A stretch of 64,000 bases of DNA from an uncultured Ohtaekwangia sp. (GCA_964429845.1 CAYSCT010000012.1:18412-82411); one strand, 5' to 3'; numbered from the stretch's first letter, positions 9,733-20,642 are shown. Made by a program: numbers and translations. Notes: generated by a model from the letters alone, not told the origin.

Positions 9733-11018
9733 GTTTTCTGCTTTTTCTTTTTAGCGGCCGGAAAGAGTACGTTGTTTAGTATCAACCGGAAACCTGCCGA
9801 ATTAGGGTGTAAATTCAGGTCGGTCGGTTCTTCGCCCACCGTGTGCTGGTAATCTTCCGGGTCGTGGCCGCCATAAAATGTCCAGAAGCCTTTGCCCGTT
9901 ACCCCGTGAACGTACTTGATCTCTTTGATGTCTTTGTTTTCGCCCATGATCACCACATCGGGCTTTACCAGGTGCGATTTGAAAGACGTGGTTTGTCCGT
10001 AAAACCCTTTGATCACTCGGGTGTGGTTTTGTGTGAGCATGGTGGGTATGGGGTCCCATTTGGCTGAGAATTCAAATAAGGAGAAATAGTCATTGTCCTG
10101 CCGTACGCCCCGCTCGGCCGGGTTGTTGTCGATATCTGAAAATTCGTATTGATAGGGGTCGCGCGAGAGGCGGAAGTTGGTGAAGGCAAACGTGTTGTCG
10201 AAGTTCAGTTTTTCTTGTGCCTGCGGGTCGGCCGGATCGCCATCGTACATGCGTTCGCAGATGTCTACTCCATCTGCGGCCAGGGCAATGTCGAACGAAT
10301 CGGTGGCGGAGCACATGGCAAACAGAAAGCCGCCACCGGCTACAAACTCTTTCATGCGTTTGGCTACTGCCAACTTCAATTGCGACACTTTGCGGAAGCC
10401 GTGCTTGCGCGCCATATCTTCCGACTCTTTCTGCTGCTCGATATACCAAGGAAAATTGCCGTAGGAGCCAAAGAACTTACCGTACTGCCCGGTAAAGTCT
10501 TCGTGGTGCAGGTGCAGCCAATCGTATTTGGGCAACTCGCCATTCAGCACTTCGTCATCGAAAATCACATCATAGGGAATTTCGGCATACGTAAGCACCA
10601 GTGTCACGGCATCGTCCCACGGTTGTTTGGTTTTAGGCGAATACACTGCAATTTTCGGGTACTTCTCCAACTTCATCAGGTCGTAGTTAACGGCAGGGCT
10701 GGCAATTTCTGAGATGATCTGGTTGGCCTGTGCATCGGAGATAACCTCATAGCTTACGCCACGCACCACCAACTCATTTTGAATGGCCGGATGGTATTTG
10801 GTCATAAAGCTGCCTCCGCGGTAGTTCAGCAGCCAGTCTACCTCGGTGTCTTTCTTCAGAATCCAATAGGCAATGCCATAGGCCTTCAGGTGGTTGGCCT
10901 GCTTACCGTCCATAGGAATAAACAGGTAGTTGGCAGCCGCGAAGCGCGAAATGAGGAGAAAGCAAAACAAAAGGACGAAACGCATCGTAAGAGCGAAATA
11001 TGGCTTTATTTGTAACAA
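9729..11018 (-). CDS. Conserved Bacteroidota exported protein, usually labelled 'asparagine synthetase B'; class I glutamine-amidotransferase-like; function unproven
   Basis: QANHLKAYG, WLLNYRGGSF, DWLHLHHEDFTGQ, FAMCSATD, GHDPEDY; has a signal peptide. Confidence 0.8.
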   Translation of the reverse strand: MLQIKPYFALTMRFVLLFCFLLISRFAAANYLFIPMDGKQANHLKAYGIAYWILKKDTEVDWLLNYRGGSFMTKYHPAIQNELVVRGVSYEVISDAQANQIISEIASPAVNYDLMKLEKYPKIAVYSPKTKQPWDDAVTLVLTYAEIPYDVIFDDEVLNGELPKYDWLHLHHEDFTGQYGKFFGSYGNFPWYIEQQKESEDMARKHGFRKVSQLKLAVAKRMKEFVAGGGFLFAMCSATDSFDIALAADGVDICERMYDGDPADPQAQEKLNFDNTFAFTNFRLSRDPYQYEFSDIDNNPAERGVRQDNDYFSLFEFSAKWDPIPTMLTQNHTRVIKGFYGQTTSFKSHLVKPDVVIMGENKDIKEIKYVHGVTGKGFWTFYGGHDPEDYQHTVGEEPTDLNLHPNSAGFRLILNNVLFPAAKKKKQKT

Positions 11019-11144
11019 TTTAACAAGGTTTCAGTCTAATGGTCAACGTAAAATGATGGCGATTCGGGCGTAAAGGTTACAAATATTTTGCCGTATTTAA
11101 AGCCCTGAAAAGGGGTAAGTTGGTGATAATCATGCAATAAAAGG

Positions 11145-12374
11145 ATGAATCTGATTGAGAATTTGAAAGAAGGTTTGCGTTCGGTGCAGGCCAATTTGTT
11201 GCGCTCCGTGCTCACAGCACTCATTGTAGCCATTGGCATCACTTCGCTGGTGGGTGCACTCACTGCGGTAGACGGCATTGGCACTACCCTGACTGAGAGC
11301 TTGGCCTCTCTGGGAGCCAACACCTTCGATATTTCCTCGAAACGCAACCGGGGCGGCAGCCAGCAAGGTGTAAAGGAAAAAGTGTATCCGCCACTGCAGC
11401 TCAGCGAGGCACAGAAATTCATCGATCGTTTCACCTTTTCCAACAGTATTAGTCTTTCAGCCTCGCTCACAGGTATTGCCGAAGTAAAATACAAATCCAG
11501 AAAAACCAATCCCAACGTTCGGATTCAGGGCGTAAACGAGAATTACATCTTTTTGAAAGACCTGAATGTGGAGTATGGACGCAATTTCTCTTCGCTCGAA
11601 ATTCAGTACGGCAGCAAAGTGGCGATTATCGGGAGTAAAGTAGCCAGCACCCTGTCCGATAATCCCAACTTGGTGAATGAAGAGATCAGTTTCAAAGGCA
11701 CCAAGTTCAGGGTAATAGGGGTGTTGAAGGAAAAGGGCCAGTTGGCAGAAGACAACTTCGACAACATGGTGATAATACCTATTTTGGTTGCCAACCAGAT
11801 GGCCAGCGGCCGCGGCCTGGATTATTACCTTACTGTGGCCGTCAGAGACCCCTCGCAGGTAGAGTTGGCCATGGGTGAGGCCACGGGTATCATGCGCAAC
11901 ATCCGCCAAGACAGGGTAGGGCAGCCCGATTCTTTTCTGCTGGAACGCAGCGAAACCCTTTCTGACCTGAACAACCTGATAGACATTATTCGCATGGCGG
12001 GTTTTGGTATTGGCTTTATTACCCTGCTGGGCTCGGCCATTGCGCTGATGAACATTATGCTGGTATCGGTTACGGAACGTACGCGCGAGGTAGGGGTGCG
12101 CAAAGCGTTGGGGGCAACACCGCTGCGTATCCGGCAGCAGTTTGTAATTGAGGCCATTGTGGTGTGCCTGCTGGGAGGAGTGGTTGGCATTCTTCTGGGT
12201 ATAGCCGTAGGCAACGGCTTTGCCCGCATCATGGGTATTGAGTCTTTTATTATGCCGTGGTTCTGGATATTTATTGGCGTAGTGGTGTGTGTGGCAGTGG
12301 GTCTGCTGTCGGGCTACTACCCTGCATACAAAGCCTCAAAGCTAGATCCGATCGAGTCGCTTCGATTCGAGTAA
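11145..12374 (+). CDS. ABC transporter permease (MacB/FtsX family)
   Basis: [51 protein letters not shown]. Confidence 0.93.
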   Translation: MNLIENLKEGLRSVQANLLRSVLTALIVAIGITSLVGALTAVDGIGTTLTESLASLGANTFDISSKRNRGGSQQGVKEKVYPPLQLSEAQKFIDRFTFSNSISLSASLTGIAEVKYKSRKTNPNVRIQGVNENYIFLKDLNVEYGRNFSSLEIQYGSKVAIIGSKVASTLSDNPNLVNEEISFKGTKFRVIGVLKEKGQLAEDNFDNMVIIPILVANQMASGRGLDYYLTVAVRDPSQVELAMGEATGIMRNIRQDRVGQPDSFLLERSETLSDLNNLIDIIRMAGFGIGFITLLGSAIALMNIMLVSVTERTREVGVRKALGATPLRIRQQFVIEAIVVCLLGGVVGILLGIAVGNGFARIMGIESFIMPWFWIFIGVVVCVAVGLLSGYYPAYKASKLDPIESLRFE

Positions 12375-12384
12375 AAATAACGTT

Positions 12385-13287
12385 TTATCGTTCGGCAAAA
12401 CCCAGCTTGGGCTGGGTTTTGTTTTTTTCGTGCAGGTACAGCAAGATGCCATCCTTAAGGCCTACCTCTGGCACCAGTATTTTTTTGGCGCGGGCCCACT
12501 CCATTACCTTCAGGTAAATGCTGCTGGCGGGAATAATTACGTCTGCACGGTCGGGGTTCATCTGCAAGTCGTATATGCGTTGTTCCAGGGTTAGGCCTTC
12601 CACCATTTTCTTTACATCCTTCAATTTGCGGATGGAGAGGGTTTTGCCCGGTTTGGTGTGGGCCAGTTCGAACAACTTGCTGATGTTACCGCCCGTACCT
12701 ACGGCAGTTACTTCGCCATAATCCTTCCTCATGTGGTCTTTTACCCACTTCTCCATATCGGTCCACATCAGGGGCGAGTCGTGGTGCTCTAACACACGCA
12801 CCGATCCCACTTTAAAAGAGCGCGTGTGGATTTTTTTTCCCTTCACATAGATGTTCAACTCTGTACTGCCACCACCCACATCGATGTGGATATACGATTG
12901 GTCAGTTAAGAAAGCGGCAATGGCGCGGTTGATCATTTCTGCCTCCTGGTGGCCGTCTATAATATTGATTTGTATGCCCATTTCATCGTACACCTCCTGC
13001 GCCAGTTCTGGTCCGTTTTCCGCTTCGCGCATAGCCGAGGTGGCGCAAAACATGTAGTCATCTGCTTCATAAAGTTCAATCAGCAGTTTGTAGGTGCGCA
13101 TCAGCTTTTTAAACTTTTCGATGCTTTTTTCGCTGATGCGATTGGTGCTAAACACATCGTGCCCCAGCCGCAGCGGAAAACGTACGTATTCAAGTTTTTT
13201 GAATAATACGCGTGGACTTTTATCGAGTACTGAAGAGATTTGAAAACGGATGGCGTTGGAGCCGATGTCGATGGCTGCTAATTTCAA
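12385..13287 (-). CDS. ppx: Ppx/GppA family exopolyphosphatase
   Basis: IDIGSNAIR, ATSAMREA, DVGGGSTE, GLKDG motifs. Confidence 0.9.
   Translation of the reverse strand: MKLAAIDIGSNAIRFQISSVLDKSPRVLFKKLEYVRFPLRLGHDVFSTNRISEKSIEKFKKLMRTYKLLIELYEADDYMFCATSAMREAENGPELAQEVYDEMGIQINIIDGHQEAEMINRAIAAFLTDQSYIHIDVGGGSTELNIYVKGKKIHTRSFKVGSVRVLEHHDSPLMWTDMEKWVKDHMRKDYGEVTAVGTGGNISKLFELAHTKPGKTLSIRKLKDVKKMVEGLTLEQRIYDLQMNPDRADVIIPASSIYLKVMEWARAKKILVPEVGLKDGILLYLHEKNKTQPKLGFAER
12397..12428 (+). terminator. Rho-independent terminator
   Basis: AAAACCCAGC-TTGG-GCTGGGTTTT followed by GTTTTTTT. Confidence 0.7.
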
Positions 13288-13388
13288 ACGGGTCTATTTA
13301 GGTAACAGAAAGTTGACACAAAGATCACAATTAACAGATGCAGGTGGAAATTAAATTTTCATTATCTTAGCAATGCCTCCTTCACAGA

Positions 13389-13919
13389 ATGAACATTCGC
13401 ACGCGTTATATAGTCATTTTTTCTGTAATACTTGTTACCGCCTGTACGCTCAATTCCAGGGTAGATGAAAATTTTACCGTGAATGGATTTGTGCCTGTAT
13501 ATGGCGCGTACGAGAAGTCGGAAATTAAGACAACGCCTCCCATTCCACTCAATGATCCAGGCAAGATTTATATCTACGGGCCTTACCTGTTGATCAACGA
13601 GAAAGGAAAGGGCATCCATGTATACAACAACAGCGACCCTGCCAACCCCAGTGCTTTAACGTTTATCCAGATGGTGGGCAACACAGATATGGCCATTAAA
13701 GACAACATCTTGTATGCCGATCACATGGGCGACTTGGTGGCCATTACCTTCTCCGATTTTGAGACTGTATTGGAAAAGGGTAGACTTCCGCTCAGCTCCT
13801 GGAACTTGGGCCTGCCAGCGCCCGCGCAAAGTTATTTTGAATGCATAGACCCCACCCAGGGGTTGGTGATAGACTGGAAACCCGCCACCCTTACTAACCC
13901 CAACTGTTATGCGTTTTAG
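13389..13919 (+). CDS. Lipoprotein, LVIVD-like beta-repeat
   Basis: Lipobox VTA-C; PGKIYIYG, GKGIHVYNNSDPANP, GNTDMAIKDNILYAD. Confidence 0.75.
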   Translation: MNIRTRYIVIFSVILVTACTLNSRVDENFTVNGFVPVYGAYEKSEIKTTPPIPLNDPGKIYIYGPYLLINEKGKGIHVYNNSDPANPSALTFIQMVGNTDMAIKDNILYADHMGDLVAITFSDFETVLEKGRLPLSSWNLGLPAPAQSYFECIDPTQGLVIDWKPATLTNPNCYAF

Positions 13920-14652
13920 GTGGGTTGCGATAGTTTGTACAATACTCCTTGCCTGCGAATCGGGCGACTCGTCTTTCGAATCGTCTACGGGCCAAGGTGG
14001 CTCTATGACGCGGTTTGCCATTCAGGGCAACTACCTGTACGTAGTAGACCAAATGTCCATTCAGACGTTCCGTCTTCAGGGCGACTCCTTTGAAAAAGTA
14101 AACCAGACACCGGTTACCACGCGGCTGGAAACGATCTTCCCCAAAGGAGAGTACCTGTATCTGGGCGCAGCCGATGCCATGTACATTTATTCGATTACAG
14201 ACCCCGCTTCGCCCCAGTTTATCTTCCGCTATGCGCACATTGTGTCGTGCGACCCGGTGGTGGTGCAGGGAACAACGGCCTACGTAACGCTGCGGTCGGG
14301 CACCGCGTGTAACCGCGGGGTCAACGCATTGGAAATCATCGATATTTCTAATCCCAATAATCCCAAACTTCTGGCCAACTATCCCATGACTTCGCCCCAT
14401 GGCCTGGGCGTAGATGGCACCTGCCTTTTTCTTTGCGAGGGCCCGGCCGGCTTGAAAGTATTTGATGTGAGCAACCCGTTGGACATTGCACTCACTACGG
14501 AGTTAAAAGACATTTATGCCTACGATGTCATTCCTCGCAATGGCCTCCTTACACTCACCGGTGAAGACGGGGTGTTTCAATACAATTACAACTGCAATGA
14601 CCATTCGTTGGAGTTAGTGAGCAAAATACCCGTATTACGCGGTGAATTGTAG
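13909..14652 (+). CDS. LVIVD-repeat lipoprotein
   Basis: Lipobox LLA-C; GQGGSMTRF, SCDPVVV, LEIIDISNPNNP, LKVFDVSNP repeats. Confidence 0.8.
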   Translation: MRFRWVAIVCTILLACESGDSSFESSTGQGGSMTRFAIQGNYLYVVDQMSIQTFRLQGDSFEKVNQTPVTTRLETIFPKGEYLYLGAADAMYIYSITDPASPQFIFRYAHIVSCDPVVVQGTTAYVTLRSGTACNRGVNALEIIDISNPNNPKLLANYPMTSPHGLGVDGTCLFLCEGPAGLKVFDVSNPLDIALTTELKDIYAYDVIPRNGLLTLTGEDGVFQYNYNCNDHSLELVSKIPVLRGEL

Positions 14653-15334
14653 GAAGGCGCTTGTGATGCTCGTCTGGGTTCTTCCGCTGGTGTGCAGTGC
14701 ACAGGGAGAGCAACACAGTGAGGTAGCCGAACGAAACATTCCCCTGCACGCCTTTAAGTGGAGTCCCTACCACTTGATTAATTTTTACCCTACCGTGCAA
14801 CTGGCCTACGAGCGCAGACTTAGGGATCGGTTCTCTTTACAAGCAGACATGGGTATTGTGTTGCGCAAATGGCTAATGCAAGATTTTGAAAATACAGACT
14901 TTGAAAACAAGAGAGGGGTGAAGGTAAAACTGGAGGTACGTTTCTATTTGAAGCGCCAGCGCCTATCGAACGCCTTCGACTACCTGAGTGTGGAGCCCTA
15001 TTGGAACCGCATCAACTTCGATCGAAGCGAAACAATGACAGAGTGCTTCGATGTGAATTGCCAATCTCAGTTCAGGCGCACTTATCGTTACGAAATGAAA
15101 TACCGCGAGCCCGGACTTTCCGCCAAGTATGGCATCATGTTACGGTTCAGCCACTTCATTGCCGATTTCAACGGAGGCATCTCTCTTCGGTTTGTCAACT
15201 ACATCAGGCCGGATTGGGTTGAACAACTTATTCCTGAAGATAATTTCAATGCAGGTTGGTTCGAGATACCGAACGAGCGCAAGCGGGTGGGGGTATCACC
15301 TGCATTGGGTGTACGCATTGGTTGGGCGTTCTGA
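14642..15334 (+). CDS. Small outer-membrane beta-barrel (DUF3575-like)
   Basis: Signal peptide ending CSA-Q, alternating beta-strands, C-terminal GVRIGWAF beta-signal. Confidence 0.7.
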   Translation: MNCRKALVMLVWVLPLVCSAQGEQHSEVAERNIPLHAFKWSPYHLINFYPTVQLAYERRLRDRFSLQADMGIVLRKWLMQDFENTDFENKRGVKVKLEVRFYLKRQRLSNAFDYLSVEPYWNRINFDRSETMTECFDVNCQSQFRRTYRYEMKYREPGLSAKYGIMLRFSHFIADFNGGISLRFVNYIRPDWVEQLIPEDNFNAGWFEIPNERKRVGVSPALGVRIGWAF

Positions 15335-15373
15335 TTTTTTGGTTTTCATCCGTCAATTCCATTTCTTTGCGAT

Positions 15374-15495
15374 GCTTATCCAGAAAGACCGAGGGACAGG
15401 GCCCTGAGACGTCTTAGCATCCTATCCTGATCGCAGCATCAGGACGTTGTGCTAAATCCCTTTCGAAAGCAAATTGCCTTTCGAAGAAGATAAGC
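15374..15495 (+). ncRNA. SAM-I (S-box) riboswitch
   Basis: GCTTATC/GATAAGC P1 helix; CAGA, GAGGGA-x-GGCCC, GCA...GTGCTAAATCC core; upstream of the metH-metF operon. Confidence 0.92.
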
Positions 15496-15551
15496 GAAGC
15501 CTTTTTTTCTGAGGCCTTTCTGGAGAAGTGCAAAATAAAATTCCAGAAAGA

Positions 15552-16559
15552 ATGACTATCCAAGAGGTTCTCGCTAAGCGGATCATGGTGCTGGACGGTG
15601 CCATGGGTACCATGATTCAGCGATACAAACTGGAGGAGAAAGATTTCAGAGGCGATATTCTGAAAGACCATCCCCACCCATTGAAGGGCAACAACGACTT
15701 ACTGAGCATCACCCGCCCCGACATCATTAAAGAAATACACCGCGCTTATTTTGAGGCCGGTGCCGACATTGTGGAAACCAACACCTTTGGCAGCACCCGC
15801 GTGGCGCAGGCCGATTATCACCTCGAGTACCTTGTCTACGACATCAACTACCAGGCGGCCAAAATAGCGAAAGAGGTGGCAGATGAGTTTACAGCCCGCG
15901 AACCAGAAAAGCCCCGGTTTGTGGCCGGCTCCATGGGGCCTACCACCAAGTTAGCTTCCATGTCGCCCGATGTGAATAATCCAGGATTCCGCGCCATTTC
16001 TTTCGATGAACTGGCAGTCGCCTTCAAAGAGCAAGCCCAGGGGTTGCTAGATGGCGGAGTAGATATGTTGCTGTTGGAAACCATTACCGACACGCTGAAT
16101 GTAAAAGCGGCTTTGTTTGCCATTCAGGAATTATTTGAAGAGCGGGGCAGCGAAGTGCCCATCATGGTATCGGGCACCATTACCGATGCCAGCGGACGCA
16201 TCTTGTCCGGGCAGACAGCAGAAGCCTTTCTCGTTTCGGTGTCGCATGTGCCACTACTCAGCATAGGACTGAATTGTGCGCTGGGCGCCTCGGCCCTGCG
16301 GCCTTATTTACAGGTATTGAATGAGAAGGCCCCCTTTTTCGTAAGCGCTCATCCTAATGCCGGGCTTCCCAACGAGTTTGGCCAATACGATCAAACTCCG
16401 GCACAAATGGCCGAGCAGGTTGAAGAATACCTGAGGGAAGGCCTTGTCAATATCGTAGGCGGTTGCTGTGGGTCTACCCCTGAGCATATCAAAAAAATAG
16501 CCGAGGCAGCGAAGAAGTATCAGCCAAGAGTGATTCCTGCCCAACTCATTGAGCATTAA
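15552..16559 (+). CDS. metH: B12-dependent methionine synthase, homocysteine-binding half (split MetH)
   Basis: LDGAMGTMIQ, KGNNDLL, GLNCALG, GGCCG. I placed the start at ATG 15552 because the track start overlaps the leader. Confidence 0.93.
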   Translation: MTIQEVLAKRIMVLDGAMGTMIQRYKLEEKDFRGDILKDHPHPLKGNNDLLSITRPDIIKEIHRAYFEAGADIVETNTFGSTRVAQADYHLEYLVYDINYQAAKIAKEVADEFTAREPEKPRFVAGSMGPTTKLASMSPDVNNPGFRAISFDELAVAFKEQAQGLLDGGVDMLLLETITDTLNVKAALFAIQELFEERGSEVPIMVSGTITDASGRILSGQTAEAFLVSVSHVPLLSIGLNCALGASALRPYLQVLNEKAPFFVSAHPNAGLPNEFGQYDQTPAQMAEQVEEYLREGLVNIVGGCCGSTPEHIKKIAEAAKKYQPRVIPAQLIEH

Positions 16560-16581
16560 CAGAGCATAAATTTTTCAGACG

Positions 16582-19251
16582 TTGACCTACCGACCACTAC
16601 AACTCAGCGGTTTAGAAGCCGTAACCATTACCCCGAATTCCAACTTCGTGAATATTGGCGAACGAACCAACGTAACGGGTTCCGCTAAATTCCTGAAACT
16701 GATTAAAGAAGATAAGTTCGAAGAAGCTCTGGAGGTAGCGCTCGACCAGGTGCGCGGAGGCGCACAGGTGATAGACGTAAACATGGATGAGGGCATGCTG
16801 GATGCCAAAGCAGCCATGGTAAAATTTTTAAACCTGATGGCGTCTGAACCTGAGATAGCCTGTGTGCCGGTTATGGTCGATTCTTCTAAGTGGGAGGTGA
16901 TTGAAGCAGGATTGAAATGCCTGCAAGGCAAAGGCATTGTTAACTCTATCAGTTTGAAGGGGGGAGAAGAAGAGTTCATACGTCAGGCCAAACTGGTGAA
17001 GCGCTACGGTGCCGCCACGGTGGTGATGGCCTTTGATGAGCAGGGCCAGGCCGATACCTACGAACGAAGAATCGCGATCTGTAAGCGCGCCTATGATATT
17101 CTGGTGAACGTGGTGAAGTTTCCTCCGCAGGACATCATTTTCGATCCAAATATTTTCCCGGTAGCAACGGGCATTGAAGAGCATCGAAATTATGCGGTAG
17201 ACTTTTTCAGGGCGGCCAGGTGGATCAGAGAGAACCTTCCTTACGCACACGTGAGTGGTGGGGTTAGCAACGTGTCTTTCAGCTTCAGGGGCAACCAGAA
17301 AGTGCGTGAGGCCATGCATGCTGCTTTTCTATTCCACGCAATAAAAAACGGCATGGACATGGGCATCGTGAACCCTACCATGCTGGAGGTATACGATGAA
17401 ATACCCAAAGATTTGTTGGAACGTGTAGAAGATGTGCTGCTGAACAGGAGGGAAGACGCAACGGAGAGGTTATTAGAGTTTGCTGAAACGGTAAAAGGTG
17501 CAAGCAGGAAGAAAGAACTGGACGATGCGTGGCGAAATGATACCGTGGAGGAAAGATTGAAGCACGCATTGGTAAAGGGAATCATCGATTTCATCGATCA
17601 GGATACGGAAGAGGCGAGACAAAAATACGGGCGGCCGTTGCACGTGATTGAGGGCCCTCTGATGGCCGGTATGAACGTGGTGGGCGATTTGTTTGGTGCG
17701 GGAAAAATGTTTTTACCCCAGGTGGTGAAGAGCGCCCGCGTGATGAAAAAGTCCGTTGCCTACCTTACGCCTTTTCTGGAGGAAGAGAAACGCCTCAGTG
17801 GCACCAGTGGAAAGCCTGCGGCCAAAGTATTGATGGCCACGGTGAAAGGCGATGTGCACGACATCGGTAAAAACATTGTAGGCGTGGTGTTGGCGTGCAA
17901 CAATTACGACATTGTAGACCTGGGCGTGATGGTGCCCACAGAAAAAATCATTGAGGCCGCGAAAAGGGAAAAAGTAGATGCCGTAGGATTGAGCGGACTG
18001 ATCACGCCCTCGTTGGATGAGATGGTGCATGTGGCCAAAGAAATGCAACACGAGAAGATGGAGCTGCCTTTGCTGATTGGAGGTGCAACTACTTCACGCA
18101 TTCATACGGCCGTTAAAATCGACCCGGTGTACGATGGCCCCGTGGTGCATGTGCTGGACGCCTCGCGGTCGGTGCCCGTGGTGAGCGAGTTGATCAGTGC
18201 AGAGACACGTGCCGACTTCAAAAAAAGAACCAAGGAGGAGTATGCGCGTCTGCGTAAAGACCACGAGAGCAGGCAGCAGGAGAAAAACTATATCACACTG
18301 GAGGAAGCGCGAAAAAACCGAACCACCATCAACTGGAAGGACACCGTCTTCACCGCTCCCCAATTTACAGGTCGCAAGGAATTGGTTGACTTTCCGTTGG
18401 CCACGTTGCGTCCATACATCGATTGGACACCTTTCTTCCAGACCTGGATGCTGGCGGGGCGCTATCCCGGCATTTTCAATGATGCAGTGGTAGGCGTTGA
18501 GGCGAAAAAACTGTTTGACGATGCCAACCGCATGTTGGATGAAATCATTGCCAGCAAGAGCTTGCGCGCCAATGGCGTAGTGGCTTTCTATCCGGCCACC
18601 GCTGTGGGCGATGACGTAGCGTTGGCCCATGAACCTGCCGGCAAGGCATTTGCTGTCTTTCATTTCTTGCGACAGCAAAACAAAAAGGCACAAAACCTGC
18701 CCAACTTCTGTCTGGCTGATTTTGTGTCGCCCGAGGCAGGTAAGGACTACCTGGGCCTGTTTGCAGTAACGGCCGGAATTGGGTTGGAAAAGCTGGTGGA
18801 GAAATACAAAGCCCAACACGATGACTATTCTGAAATAATGGCCAAAGCGCTGGCCGACCGTTTGGCGGAGGCTTTTGCCGAGTGCCTGCACGAAAAGGTG
18901 CGCAAAGAGTGGTGGGGATATGCGGCTGATGAAAGCCTGAACAACGATTTGCTGATCGCTGAAAAGTACCAGGGTATTCGCCCGGCACCGGGTTACCCGG
19001 CCTGCCCTGATCACACAGAGAAAAAACTACTGTTCGAGTTGTTACAAGCCGATAAGGTGGGCATTACGCTTACCGAATCGTATGCCATGTACCCAGGAGC
19101 GGCAGTAAGTGGATTTTATTTCGCACATCCACAATCGAAGTACTTTGGATTAGGCAAGATTGAAAGAGACCAGGTGGCAGACTATGCGCAACGCAAAGGA
19201 TTGAGTGTGGAGGAAGTAGAAAGGTGGTTGGCACCGAATTTGGCATATTGA
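16582..19251 (+). CDS. metH: B12-dependent methionine synthase: pterin-binding, cobalamin-binding and activation domains
   Basis: [18 protein letters not shown] cobalamin motif, [12 protein letters not shown]; TTG start. Confidence 0.95.
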   Translation: MTYRPLQLSGLEAVTITPNSNFVNIGERTNVTGSAKFLKLIKEDKFEEALEVALDQVRGGAQVIDVNMDEGMLDAKAAMVKFLNLMASEPEIACVPVMVDSSKWEVIEAGLKCLQGKGIVNSISLKGGEEEFIRQAKLVKRYGAATVVMAFDEQGQADTYERRIAICKRAYDILVNVVKFPPQDIIFDPNIFPVATGIEEHRNYAVDFFRAARWIRENLPYAHVSGGVSNVSFSFRGNQKVREAMHAAFLFHAIKNGMDMGIVNPTMLEVYDEIPKDLLERVEDVLLNRREDATERLLEFAETVKGASRKKELDDAWRNDTVEERLKHALVKGIIDFIDQDTEEARQKYGRPLHVIEGPLMAGMNVVGDLFGAGKMFLPQVVKSARVMKKSVAYLTPFLEEEKRLSGTSGKPAAKVLMATVKGDVHDIGKNIVGVVLACNNYDIVDLGVMVPTEKIIEAAKREKVDAVGLSGLITPSLDEMVHVAKEMQHEKMELPLLIGGATTSRIHTAVKIDPVYDGPVVHVLDASRSVPVVSELISAETRADFKKRTKEEYARLRKDHESRQQEKNYITLEEARKNRTTINWKDTVFTAPQFTGRKELVDFPLATLRPYIDWTPFFQTWMLAGRYPGIFNDAVVGVEAKKLFDDANRMLDEIIASKSLRANGVVAFYPATAVGDDVALAHEPAGKAFAVFHFLRQQNKKAQNLPNFCLADFVSPEAGKDYLGLFAVTAGIGLEKLVEKYKAQHDDYSEIMAKALADRLAEAFAECLHEKVRKEWWGYAADESLNNDLLIAEKYQGIRPAPGYPACPDHTEKKLLFELLQADKVGITLTESYAMYPGAAVSGFYFAHPQSKYFGLGKIERDQVADYAQRKGLSVEEVERWLAPNLAY

Positions 19252-19685
19252 ATTTGAAAATTAGTTTGATTTGAGAATTTGAAAATGGTTAAGAGGTGAG
19301 GGATGATAAGGAAAATCTAATTGTTGAGTTAACTTTTCGGTTTTCACTTGCCTTGATTGAATATTGCGAGCAGTTGGAAGGGGCCAGAAAATTTGTTGTT
19401 GCACGTCAACTTCTGAGGTCGGGCACCTCAATTGGGGCGAACACCCGCGAAGCGCAAAATGCCGAAAGTAAAAATGACTTCATTCATAAATTTAAAATTG
19501 CAGCAAAAGAAGTGGACGAAACCGAGTATTGGTTAATGCTTTGTAAGGAATCTAAGTCTTATCCTGATTGTGATCACCTTCTGGAAGACATTAAAGTAAT
19601 ATCCCGCGTGATCTCAAAGATTATTGCCACATCTAAAGGTAACTAGCATTTTCAAATTAAGACATTTTCAAATCTTCAAATTTTC
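19251..19685. mobile_element. Putative four-helix-bundle insertion element with reiterated terminal inverted repeats
   Basis: AATTTGAAAAT occurs twice on the left (19251, 19276) and CATTTTCAAAT twice on the right (19647, 19663); the unit fills the gap from the metH stop to the metF ATG. Confidence 0.55.
19296..19646 (+). CDS. Four helix bundle protein (23S rRNA IVP-like, TIGR02436 family)
   Basis: QLLRSGTSIGAN, EAQNAESKNDFIHKFKIAAKE, ETEYWL. Confidence 0.92.
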   Translation: MRDDKENLIVELTFRFSLALIEYCEQLEGARKFVVARQLLRSGTSIGANTREAQNAESKNDFIHKFKIAAKEVDETEYWLMLCKESKSYPDCDHLLEDIKVISRVISKIIATSKGN

Positions 19686-20642
19686 ATGAAAGTAACCGAA
19701 CACTTAAAGAATGCCAAAGGAAAGACGCTCTTCACCATTGAGATCCTTCCTCCTTTAAAGGGTGAAAATATCAAGAACCTGTTCGATAACATCGATCCGC
19801 TCATGGAGTTCAAACCTCCGTTCATTGATGTTACTTATCACCGCGAGGAGTATGTGTACCGCAAAAAGGAGGGGGGGCTGTTAGAAAAAATATCTACGCG
19901 CAAGCGGCCGGGCACGGTGGGCATTTGTGCGGCCATTCAAAATCATTATAAGGTAGACACGGTACCCCACATCATCTGTGGCGGTTTCAATAAAGAAGAA
20001 ACAGAGAACGCCCTGATAGACTTGCATTTTCTGGGGGTTGACAACGTGTTGGTGTTGCAAGGCGATGCCATCAAAAGCGAATCGAAGTTTGTGCCCGAGC
20101 CGGATGGCCACCGTTATGCTTCCGACCTGCTCGACCAGGTGGTGCGCATGAACAAAGGCTTGTACCTGGACGAGGAACTAGAAAGTGCGGCAGCCACCAG
20201 TTTTTGTATTGGCGTGGCCGGTTATCCTGAAAAGCATTTCAACGCACCCAACCTGAAAACAGATTTGAAGTACCTTAAATTGAAGGTAGACATGGGTGCG
20301 CAGTACATCGTTACACAGATGTTCTTCGACAATAAGAAGTATTTCGATTTTGTAGATAAGTGCAGGGAGGCGGGCATTAACGTGCCGATTATTCCGGGCA
20401 TCAAACCCCTTACCGGCAAGGCGCAGCTCACCGTATTACCCAAAACCTTCCACATCGATATTCCGGAGGAGCTTTCGGAAGAGGCTGAAAAGTGCAAAGA
20501 CAATGCTGCTGTGAAGGAGGTAGGTATCAAATGGGCCATTCAACAGTCGCGGGAGTTGATAAAAAAAGGAGTGCCCACCCTTCATTTTTATTCAATGGGC
20601 AAGTCAGACCCGGTTTACAAGATTGCCAAGGAATTATTCTAA
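19686..20642 (+). CDS. metF: Methylenetetrahydrofolate reductase
   Basis: FTIEILPP, IDVTY, GVAGYPEKH, VTQMFFDN, LHFYSMG. Confidence 0.95.
   Translation: MKVTEHLKNAKGKTLFTIEILPPLKGENIKNLFDNIDPLMEFKPPFIDVTYHREEYVYRKKEGGLLEKISTRKRPGTVGICAAIQNHYKVDTVPHIICGGFNKEETENALIDLHFLGVDNVLVLQGDAIKSESKFVPEPDGHRYASDLLDQVVRMNKGLYLDEELESAAATSFCIGVAGYPEKHFNAPNLKTDLKYLKLKVDMGAQYIVTQMFFDNKKYFDFVDKCREAGINVPIIPGIKPLTGKAQLTVLPKTFHIDIPEELSEEAEKCKDNAAVKEVGIKWAIQQSRELIKKGVPTLHFYSMGKSDPVYKIAKELF

Noticed and set aside
9729-11018. Calling this gene asnB
   Set aside because: It lacks the N-terminal Cys-1 Ntn domain and synthetase motifs and has a signal peptide; the common label is not supported by the sequence
11145-12374. 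Orphan ABC permease with no ATPase as a novelty
   Set aside because: Unlinked MacB/FtsX-type permeases are common in Bacteroidota
16559-16582. Frameshift or pseudogene in metH
   Set aside because: Both halves are intact, break at a domain boundary and have their own start; split MetH is a known Bacteroidota arrangement
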